DNA of 54,885 nucleotides, from contig CAYLTB010000002.1 in assembly GCA_964386675.1 (NCBI GenBank), positions 1 to 54,885 on the forward strand, given 5' to 3'. Source of the DNA: an uncultured Verrucomicrobiota bacterium. Its GTDB lineage: Bacteria > Verrucomicrobiota > Kiritimatiellia > PWTM01. The position numbers and the translations under genes were made by a program. The notes below the pieces were generated by a model. It did no database searches. It had not been told where the DNA came from and saw only the letters and a list, made by a program, of their open reading frames with translations. Positions 28,141 through 36,003 of this stretch are shown in pieces (position 1 is the stretch's first letter; every line of letters begins with the position of its first letter).

Positions 28141-30144
28141 ATGCACCCGGACAAAGAACTCGAACAATATCGCTCGATCATGGAGGTGCCCTCGACCTTC
28201 CAGGAGGGCTTCCGCTGGTCGTCGCTGCTGGGCGCGATCTTCGTCGCGTTCCTGATGGTGCCGGGGGCGATCTACATGGGACTGCTCGCCGGCACGATGG
28301 AGATCGGCGCGGCGGCGTCCTGGGTGACCGTGATCCTGTTCATTGAGGTGGCCAAACGCGCGCACCGCAATCTGAACAAGTCGGAAATCTTCGTCCTGTT
28401 CTACATGGCTTCGACAGCCATGGGCATGCCGTTTTCGGGCCTGCTGTATCAGCAATTCTTTATCAACAGCGATGCCGCGGCCGCCACCGGCATCGCCGAG
28501 CAGCTTCCGCGCTGGTATGCGCCGCCGCTGGGATCGGCCTCGTACGGCGACCGGACGTTCTTCCGGGCGGAGTGGCTGCCGGTGATCGGCATGATGATCT
28601 TCGGCTCGTTCTTCAGCCAACTGGCCAACATGGTACTCGGCTACGGGCTGTTCCGAATCGCCAGCGACGTCGAGAAACTGCCGTTCCCGATGGCGCCGAT
28701 CGGCGCACAGGGCATCATGGCGATGGCCGAGGACATGGAGGAAAAGACCCGGAAGTCGGCCGAGTCGTCCTGGCGCTGGCGCGTGTTCGCGATCGGCGGG
28801 GCGATCGGCCTGGGCTTCGGCTTCATTTACCTGTTGCTGCCGACGCTGACCGGTGCGCTGACCGGCACGCCGGTGCAGATCTTCCCGATTCCGTTCTCCG
28901 ATTTCACGCAGCAGACGGGCCGATTTCTGCCCGCCGTCGCCACCGGCATCACCTGGGACTTCGGCCAGGTCATCCTGGGCATGGTCATGCCGTTCTACGG
29001 CATTATCGGAGGCTTCATCGGCTTTTTGTCGATCCTGACGGCCAACCCGATCCTGTACCGGCAGGGGATCCTGCGCACGTGGAAGTTCGGGGACGACACG
29101 ATCGCGACGATCTTCAACAACAACATGGATTTCTATTTCAGCTTCCACATCGGCGTCTCGGTCGCCATCGCGGCGGCCGGCATCATCGCGGTCGTGGGCA
29201 GCGTCCGGAAAATGCGCCGCGCGCGCGCCTCCAACGTCGCGGCAACCGCCGGCTCCGCGGTCCAGGGTGGACGCGGCGATATTCCGTCGTGGGTGGTGAT
29301 CGCGGTATATGTCTTCATCGTGGTGACCTACATCTGGGTCTCCGCGGCCCTGCTTCGCTGGCACCACGGCGGCTGGACGCCCGGCATCCGCAACCTGGTG
29401 CTGATCTTGATCGTGCTCGGTTTCGCCTACACGCCGTTGATCAGCTATGTCACCGCGCGGCTGGAGGGCATGGTCGGCCAGGTGGTCGAGATTCCGATGA
29501 TCCGCGAGGCTGCGCTGATCCTCAGCGGCTACCGCGGCGTCGCCTGCTGGTTTCTGCCAATGCCAATCGCGAACTACGGCGCGATGACGGTGTTCTACCG
29601 GCAGTGCGAGCTGACCGGCACCCGGTTCACCAGCATCTGGAAGACCAAGTTCTTCCTGTACCCGATCATCCTCCTGTCCTCGATCTTCTTCATGAACTTC
29701 ATCTGGGGCCTCGACAAGGTGCCCTCCAACGCCTACCCCTACGCGCAGCGGATCTGGGAGCTGAACGCCGCCAACCAGACCATCATGTTCTCGGCGACGC
29801 TCGGCGAATTCTCGCGCTTCGAGCAGGCCTTCCGCTGGCTGTATGTCTCCATCGGCGCCGCCTTCGGCAGCGTGCTGTTCTTCGGGTTGCGCTGGTTGGG
29901 CGCGCCGGTCATGCTGACCTACGGCGTTGTGCGCGGGCTCGGCCAGAACGTCACGCATTCGCCGATTCCCCAGCTGGTGGGCGCGCTCATCGGCCGTTTC
30001 TATTTCCAGCGGCGGCTCGGTCTGAAGTGGCGGCAGTACATTCCCGTCGTCGCCGCCGGGTTCGCCTGCGGCATGGGTCTGATCACCACGGTCGGCGTCG
30101 GCGTCACCTTCCTGAACAAGGCGATCATCAAACTGCCGTTCTGA
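28141..30144 (+). CDS. Large polytopic membrane protein, family unassigned (operon gene D)
   Basis: 667 aa with more than 12 hydrophobic segments throughout and protein-like composition. 14-nt gap from gene C. Possible OPT-like transporter, but not established. Confidence 0.7.
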   Translation: MHPDKELEQYRSIMEVPSTFQEGFRWSSLLGAIFVAFLMVPGAIYMGLLAGTMEIGAAASWVTVILFIEVAKRAHRNLNKSEIFVLFYMASTAMGMPFSGLLYQQFFINSDAAAATGIAEQLPRWYAPPLGSASYGDRTFFRAEWLPVIGMMIFGSFFSQLANMVLGYGLFRIASDVEKLPFPMAPIGAQGIMAMAEDMEEKTRKSAESSWRWRVFAIGGAIGLGFGFIYLLLPTLTGALTGTPVQIFPIPFSDFTQQTGRFLPAVATGITWDFGQVILGMVMPFYGIIGGFIGFLSILTANPILYRQGILRTWKFGDDTIATIFNNNMDFYFSFHIGVSVAIAAAGIIAVVGSVRKMRRARASNVAATAGSAVQGGRGDIPSWVVIAVYVFIVVTYIWVSAALLRWHHGGWTPGIRNLVLILIVLGFAYTPLISYVTARLEGMVGQVVEIPMIREAALILSGYRGVACWFLPMPIANYGAMTVFYRQCELTGTRFTSIWKTKFFLYPIILLSSIFFMNFIWGLDKVPSNAYPYAQRIWELNAANQTIMFSATLGEFSRFEQAFRWLYVSIGAAFGSVLFFGLRWLGAPVMLTYGVVRGLGQNVTHSPIPQLVGALIGRFYFQRRLGLKWRQYIPVVAAGFACGMGLITTVGVGVTFLNKAIIKLPF

Positions 30145-30153
30145 CGGAGCGCC

Positions 30154-30876
30154 ATGAGCGAAGTCCTCATCCAGATCCGCGGCGTCCGAAAAGAGTTCGA
30201 CCTCGGCCGGATCGTCATGCATGCGCTCAAGGAGATCAACCTCGACATCTTCCGCGGCGAGTACCTGTCGGTCATGGGGCCCTCCGGCTCCGGCAAGAGC
30301 ACACTGTTCAACATGATCGGGGCGCTCGACCGCCCGACCGCCGGCACGATCCACGTCGCCGGCGTCGAGCTCACCGCGCTGCCGCCGCGCAAACTGGCGC
30401 ACTTCCGCGGCAACTACATCGGCTACGTCTTCCAGTCCTACAACCTGCTGCCGGCCTACGACGCCGTGACCAACGTCGCGATGCCGCTCCTCTTCAGCGG
30501 CCGGCGCCCCGACGAGGCGGCCGCGCGCGCCCGCGAAGTGCTCACCCGCGTCGGCCTCGGCGAGCGCCTGACGCACCGGCCCGACGAGCTCTCCGGCGGC
30601 CAGCAGCAGCGCGTCGCCATTGCGCGCGCGCTCGCGAACGATCCGGCGATCATCCTCGCCGACGAGCCGACGGCGAACCTCGACCTGCACACCGGCGAGG
30701 AGATCATCCACCTGCTGCGCCGCCTCTGCCGCGAGCTCGGTGTCACGGTCATCACCGCGACGCACGACCACAAGATGCTCGACGTCTCCGACCGGATCCT
30801 TTGGATCGAAGACGGCGCCATCGCCCGGCTCGAACGCCGCGAGAACCTGGAAATCTCCACCGGTACGGTCGAATGA
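30154..30876 (+). CDS. MacB/LolD-type ABC ATP-binding protein, paralog of gene B (operon gene E)
   Basis: GPSGSGKST, VFQSYNL, LSGGQQQRVAIARAL, ILADEPTANLD, ATHDH. Roughly half of aligned positions are identical to gene B by eye, including the C-terminal tail. Confidence 0.9.
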   Translation: MSEVLIQIRGVRKEFDLGRIVMHALKEINLDIFRGEYLSVMGPSGSGKSTLFNMIGALDRPTAGTIHVAGVELTALPPRKLAHFRGNYIGYVFQSYNLLPAYDAVTNVAMPLLFSGRRPDEAAARAREVLTRVGLGERLTHRPDELSGGQQQRVAIARALANDPAIILADEPTANLDLHTGEEIIHLLRRLCRELGVTVITATHDHKMLDVSDRILWIEDGAIARLERRENLEISTGTVE

Positions 30877-30892
30877 GCCGGGGGGCGGCGAC

Positions 30893-33295
30893 ATGAGCCG
30901 ACGCAGCGTTCTGGCGGCCCTGCTGGGCGTTGCGGCGCTGTCGGCGGTCTCGTTCTACAACCTCTACGTCCTCCGCAATACGAACCTGGTCGGTTCGTAC
31001 CTGCCGGTGGGCGTGTTCGGGGGCCTCCTCCTTCTCGCGATCCTTTCCCAGTGGTTCCGGCGCGGGGCGGGCTCGCCGGCCGGCGTGGGCGCGGCCGTCG
31101 CCGTGCTGCTGTTCGGGTGCGGCATCGTCGGCTCCGCGCTGCTGGACCACGCCTCGACGCTGGCCATGCTCCCCTGGCGGCTGGACCGGTTGTATCCGGA
31201 CTGGCGTGGCGACCCGGCGTTGCCGGACGCGGCGGCCATCCGCGACGAAGTGGCCCTCGCGCGGGCGCTGGCGAATGCCGCCACGGCCCCGCCCGGCGAT
31301 CCGGCCGGCGTCATCGCCCGACGGATTCCCGAGGCCCTTCGGACGCGGGTCCGCACCCGCGAGTATGCGTCGGATCTGGTCGGACGCGAGGCGTGGCGCG
31401 AGGCGCTGTACGTCGCGCTGTCCGATCCGACGCTGGCCGACGAGGTGCCGCCGGAACGCCGGCCACCGCTGCCAAACTACATTCGCCGTTGGTTGCGGCG
31501 TCCCCCACAGGAACGGACGCCGAATGAAACGCTCGCTGTGAACCGCGCCCTGCTGGACGCGGCCTTCCCGCGGGAGATCGTCCCGCGCCGTCCTTCCGCA
31601 CTGGACCTGGCGCCGCCGGTCATGCTGGCCGATCCGTCCGCGGCGCCGGCGGTTGCACTGGAAGGCTTTGCCACGGGATTGGGGGAACCGAATCGGCCCT
31701 TCTCCTTCCGGGAAGTGCCCTGGGCCGCCTGGCGGCGGACGTTCGGGTTTTGGGGGCCGATGATCCTCGCGATGATCGTCATCGTGACCGGCCTGGCCCT
31801 GGTGCTGCACCGGCAGTGGTCGGAACATGAGCGCCTGCCCTATCCGGTGGCGGAGGTGGCGCGCGCCCTGCTGCCCGAGCCGGGCCAGACCGTCGCCGAG
31901 GCGCTCCGCCGTCGAGCTTTCTGGGCGGCCTTCGGTCTGGTGTTCTGCGTTCACGGCGCCAATTACGCCGCCCAATGGTGGCCGGACTTCGTGATTCGCG
32001 TGCCGCTCGAAATCGATCTGCGGCCGCTGCTACAGATCGCGCCGGTGATGCAGCGCCATTACACAATGCAATTGTTCCGGCCCACGCTGTACTTCTCCGC
32101 GATCGGACTGGCGTTCTTCCTGTCCTCCGATGTTGCGCTTTCGCTCGGTATCGGGCCGTACCTATTCTCGGTCTTGGTTGGAATCGCGGCGGGTCTCGGC
32201 TATGCCTTTGGAGGCGGGTTCCTGACGCAGAGTCTGCAAAGCCAGTTCAACGCCGGCGCCTACACGGCCATGTTTTTCGCGATCCTCTATTCGGGACGCC
32301 ATTACTACCTTTCGGCGGCACGGCGGGCGCTGGGTCTGCCGGCCCGTGATTCCGTGGAAGCAGGGGCTGTGTGGGGGGCGCGTGCTGCGGCGCTGGGCAT
32401 GGCCGTTTTCGTCGGCGGGCTCATGGCGGTCGGGGTCGAGCCGGCGCTGGCGGTGCTCTACACGCTGGGCGTCGTGATGATCTACACTGTGTTGAGCCGG
32501 CTGCTGGCGGAGGCCGGCGTGTTCTATATGCACTCCGGTTTCTTTCCCTGCGTGGTTCTGTGGAGTTTTCTGGGCACGCAGGCGGTCGGCTACGAGCAAT
32601 TGCTGTTGCTCGGGCTGGTCACGGCCATGTTTTTGAGCGACCCGAAAGATGCCCTGATGCCGTTCGCGATGATGGGCCTGCGGATCGCAGAGCGCTGCGG
32701 CGCGCGTCCGGCGGCGGTCGCCCGCTGGGGTGCGATCGGCGCCGCGCTCGCGTTGCTCATCGCCGCTCCGACCATGATCTATCTGCAATACCGACACGGC
32801 GCTCTGACGGCGGGCCACCCGTGGATGCACACCCATGTTCCGCGCGGCGCGTTCGTCCGCGCTTCGGCGATGACCCGCACGCTCCAGGCGCAGGGCACGC
32901 TCGGAGAGGCCGCCGCCATCCGTGGCCTCGCGCGCTTCGGTCGCGCGACGCCCCAGCCGGAGCAGGTGGCCGCTTTCAGTGCGTTTTTTGCGCTCACGCT
33001 GCTCTTCACCTTCCTGCGTCACCGATTCGCGCGCTGGCCGTTCCACCCGCTGATCTTCCTGGTCATGGGCACCTACCAGTCCAGCCTGATGGCCTTCTCG
33101 GTGCTGCTCGGGTGGGCCGTCAAGGGATTCGTCATGAAATACGGCGGCGCGCGTGCCTACCAAGGACTCAAACCAGTGATGATCGGACTGGTCGCCGGGG
33201 AGATCATGGCCGCCACGCTGCCGCTGGCCGTTGGCGCGATCTACGCCGCTGTCACCGGTCAGGCGCCGCCCCAGTTCCGCATCCTGCCCGGCTGA
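30893..33295 (+). CDS. Large polytopic membrane protein with a roughly 200-aa soluble insert, family unassigned (operon gene F)
   Basis: 800 aa. Start MSRRSVLAALLGVAAL at 30893, downstream of the track ORF start. Many TM segments. The C-terminal block GWAVKGFVMKYGG..Y..KPVMIGLVAGE resembles GALIGRFYFQRRLG..W..IPVVAAGFACG of gene D. Confidence 0.7.
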   Translation: MSRRSVLAALLGVAALSAVSFYNLYVLRNTNLVGSYLPVGVFGGLLLLAILSQWFRRGAGSPAGVGAAVAVLLFGCGIVGSALLDHASTLAMLPWRLDRLYPDWRGDPALPDAAAIRDEVALARALANAATAPPGDPAGVIARRIPEALRTRVRTREYASDLVGREAWREALYVALSDPTLADEVPPERRPPLPNYIRRWLRRPPQERTPNETLAVNRALLDAAFPREIVPRRPSALDLAPPVMLADPSAAPAVALEGFATGLGEPNRPFSFREVPWAAWRRTFGFWGPMILAMIVIVTGLALVLHRQWSEHERLPYPVAEVARALLPEPGQTVAEALRRRAFWAAFGLVFCVHGANYAAQWWPDFVIRVPLEIDLRPLLQIAPVMQRHYTMQLFRPTLYFSAIGLAFFLSSDVALSLGIGPYLFSVLVGIAAGLGYAFGGGFLTQSLQSQFNAGAYTAMFFAILYSGRHYYLSAARRALGLPARDSVEAGAVWGARAAALGMAVFVGGLMAVGVEPALAVLYTLGVVMIYTVLSRLLAEAGVFYMHSGFFPCVVLWSFLGTQAVGYEQLLLLGLVTAMFLSDPKDALMPFAMMGLRIAERCGARPAAVARWGAIGAALALLIAAPTMIYLQYRHGALTAGHPWMHTHVPRGAFVRASAMTRTLQAQGTLGEAAAIRGLARFGRATPQPEQVAAFSAFFALTLLFTFLRHRFARWPFHPLIFLVMGTYQSSLMAFSVLLGWAVKGFVMKYGGARAYQGLKPVMIGLVAGEIMAATLPLAVGAIYAAVTGQAPPQFRILPG

Positions 33296-33415
33296 TCGGC
33301 GGCGGGGCCGGAATTCGGCGCCCGGTGGAACGGCGCTCCCTTCTTCAGGGCCGGTTTCCGCCATGATCCGCGGGCATCGCAGTGCCGTACGCGCGCCGGC
33401 CCGGCCTTTTTTTGC

Positions 33416-33444
33416 TTGCGAACCGCAGCGGCGGCCGCTATCTT
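33416..33444 (+). promoter_or_regulatory. Candidate sigma70-type promoter for tRNA-Ala
   Basis: TTGCGA-17 nt-TATCTT, ending 18 nt before the tRNA 5' end. Preceded by a T7 run (33407-33413). Confidence 0.3.
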
Positions 33445-33462
33445 GTTCGTCGAGTCAACTCT

Positions 33463-33539
<77 letters not shown>

Positions 33540-33559
33540 TCGTCGCCCGACGCGCCGGG

Positions 33560-34477
33560 ATGCCCATGAGCGATTCGGAAGGCAGCCGGAAGCCGCCGCC
33601 CGACGCCGCTCTCGCGGAGGGCGCGTCTGCATTGCTCTTCGCGTTCCTCGAGTGGCGGCGCCGCTGTGCGCTGGCCGCCTGCTCCGCTCCCTCCGCCGCG
33701 CGGCTCCGTGAATTCGCCGTGACGCGGTTCGACGCCTTCTGCCGCCGCTACGCGCCGTTTCCGGCCGCGCGCGTTCCCCATCCGCTCACGCCCGCGGCCG
33801 GCGATTGCTGGCACCTGTTCGAGACGCATTTGACCGTGGATGAGACCCGCGCGGGCAAGCGCTACAAACAATGGCTGTTCGAGGCCGCGCGCGCCGGCGA
33901 CGGCCCGCCGCTTGCCCGCCTGACCGGCGGCGCCGCGCTCCTGATGCGCGATGTTGTCCGCACCTGGCTCGCGCGCGAAGGACCGCGCCCCCGCACCGAT
34001 TCGCTTCAGGCGCCGCTGGGCGCGGACGTCGCCGGCGCCCGGCTGACGCTGGAAGACCTGTTGCCCGGCGAATCCGACCCCGCCGACGAAGCTGCGCAGC
34101 GCGACTTGGAGCGATGCGCGGCGGTGATCGCGGAGCGCGGCTGGCCGGATCTCGACCGCCGCGAGCGCATCGTGCTCGCGGCGCGGGAATGCGGGCGGAC
34201 GCTGTCAGACCCGGCGGTCGAGCGGGCGGCCGAGTGCCGAAAGAGCATGCTCTACGCCGCGTTCCGCGCCGTTCTCGCGCGACTGGCCGCGCAACTGCGC
34301 CGCGATTGCCGGGGCGAAGCCCCGTCAGCCCTGGCCGCGCTCGCGCGTTTGGCGCTGGCCGAGCTCAGCCGCCGCGCATTCCATTGGGCAAAATCGGAAA
34401 AGTCGTGCACCGCACTCTTCTCTAAAGCGGCAGCCCAGGCCGCGCCGACCGGGAAGCGGGGCGGATGCGCGATGTGA
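33560..34477 (+). CDS. Hypothetical protein (weak sigma-factor region-4-like segment; unconfirmed)
   Basis: Long ORF with plausible composition. The segment LDRRERIVLAARECGRTLSD faintly resembles an HTH/region 4. No confident family. Confidence 0.4.
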   Translation: MPMSDSEGSRKPPPDAALAEGASALLFAFLEWRRRCALAACSAPSAARLREFAVTRFDAFCRRYAPFPAARVPHPLTPAAGDCWHLFETHLTVDETRAGKRYKQWLFEAARAGDGPPLARLTGGAALLMRDVVRTWLAREGPRPRTDSLQAPLGADVAGARLTLEDLLPGESDPADEAAQRDLERCAAVIAERGWPDLDRRERIVLAARECGRTLSDPAVERAAECRKSMLYAAFRAVLARLAAQLRRDCRGEAPSALAALARLALAELSRRAFHWAKSEKSCTALFSKAAAQAAPTGKRGGCAM

Positions 34478-34602
34478 CGGCGTCGCGTCTGAAACGCCGT
34501 ACGGAGACGGAAAACGGCCAGGGTAGGGCGGAAACCGGATCCCATACAGATCTGGACCGAGCGGCAGGGCTTGGAATTCGGGATCCCACGAGGAAACGTG
34601 TT

Positions 34603-35373
34603 GTGAAGCAGAAGCGATTACCGGCGGTCCGTAGCTCGCGGCGGGACATGCGTCGGCGCGAGGCGCTCGCCGCGTGGTTACGCGAGTGGGAGATCGAGTG
34701 TGCGCTGGCCGAGGGCGTACGGTCGGAGTGCGCGGGCCCGTACCCTGCGCCGGCGCGGGCGCCGTTTTGCGGCCGCCGGCGAGCCGTGCGGGCGGGCGAG
34801 GTGCGTTTGCTGCGGCCCGCCGATAGCGGAGGGTATCTTCGATATTTCCTGGTGCTGGAGACGCCGGAGACCGGGCCGGTGCGCGCAGCGCCCTTCAGTC
34901 GCTTCGGCGCGCCGGCGTTTCCGGGGGAATGGCGCACCGGACATCCGGCGCCGGCACTCGGCGTGCTGTGCCTTTGGAATACGAGCGAGCTGCCGAGGAC
35001 GATTGCGGAGCGCGCGTGGCCGGTGGCCGACTTCGGGGCGGAGCGGTTGGCGGCGGCGCGCCAGGCGGCCGCGGCCGCCGTCGAGCTCGATCGGGATCCA
35101 CCGCCGGAATGGAGCGGCAGCGTCGGACCGCCCTTGCAGCACCCGGACGATCCGCGTTGGCGGTACCTCCAGGAAGAAGCGCAGGTTTGGGAGCGGATCG
35201 CTGCGCTCGAAGGCGAGGAAAACCGCGCCCGGCCAACCTTGGTGCTGCGCGACGGTCGGGCGCTGTATGGACCGGGCTCGGAGACCGCGCTGCCGCAGGC
35301 CGCTGAGCCAAAACCCGGTTATGCGTCGCGCGAACAGAAGAAAGGAGGTGGAACACGCGGTGCGGGGCGATAA
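34603..35373 (+). CDS. Hypothetical protein
   Basis: GTG at 34603 is preceded by AGGAAA 6 nt upstream. The track ORF begins at 34465. No family recognised. Confidence 0.35.
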   Translation: MKQKRLPAVRSSRRDMRRREALAAWLREWEIECALAEGVRSECAGPYPAPARAPFCGRRRAVRAGEVRLLRPADSGGYLRYFLVLETPETGPVRAAPFSRFGAPAFPGEWRTGHPAPALGVLCLWNTSELPRTIAERAWPVADFGAERLAAARQAAAAAVELDRDPPPEWSGSVGPPLQHPDDPRWRYLQEEAQVWERIAALEGEENRARPTLVLRDGRALYGPGSETALPQAAEPKPGYASREQKKGGGTRGAGR

Positions 35374-36003
35374 TACTGATCATCGTCATCATGGTCTGAC
35401 AAGGGTCGGGCAGGGTCGCCCCTCTCATAGCCGCTGTAGCCTTGGCGCGGACGGCAGTCGCCTTCGTTTGAACGGCGCTGGCGGAAGGGACCTCCGCCCC
35501 GGGGTGCAGAAAGCGGCGTCGCGGGAAGTGTGAGAATAGTAGTTCCGGTTTCTGCAATTGGGCAAATCCGTTGCGATTTCGCCGTGTTGGGATTACGCGC
35601 AATCCCCCGTTGCTCGTTTGCGACCCGACGGTTCGCGCTCATTTGACGATGTGGTTTTGACGGGCAGCGACGGCAGTCTCGCTTGCCTCGCCGGAAGCGG
35701 GTCTCGCCGCCGAGAACGGCCCAGGGATACGGCGCGCAAGGGATTGCGCGTCCTACCGTTCGCCCGGCGGAAGGGACAGCCCGACGATGGTAGGGACAGC
35801 AGTCCTTGCCGTCCGCGAACGCCACGCCGCCGTTGCCAAGGCTATGGCGGTCAGGGGGCGGCGCCCCAACCCGATCATGTTCAGACCATTGTGAGACGAT
35901 GGGCAACTTTCGGGGTGCCGGCCCAAAGCAAGCCGCACGTCGCGGAAGTGCGGCGAGACGGCCGGCTTTGTTGGCGGGCGGCCGGATCGTCGCTGAATCG
36001 GCG

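Noticed and set aside
28060-30894. 944-aa minus-strand ORF. Similar very long antisense or off-frame ORFs include 30-1493(-), 38-1510(+), 22742-24898(-), 26525-28084(-), 6989-8581(+), 13317-15026(+) and 21402-23075(-).
   Set aside because: Their translations are dominated by Arg/Ala/Gly/Pro/Asp runs with no motifs, as expected for stop-poor alternative frames in very GC-rich DNA. Each is fully overlapped by an opposite or other-frame gene with clear family signatures.
35374-36003. Possible RNase P RNA, SRP (4.5S) RNA or tmRNA in the long convergent gap.
   Set aside because: I looked on both strands for GAGGAAAGUCCGGGC and ACAGAA..CGGCUUA (RNase P), GGUCCGGAAGGAAGCAGCC (SRP) and a tRNA-like GGUUCGA..CCACCA end (tmRNA). 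Only weak partial resemblances appear (e.g. CGGCGGAAGGGACAGCC, GCAGAAACCGGAAC) and they do not fold correctly. It is kept only as a generic structured-RNA candidate.
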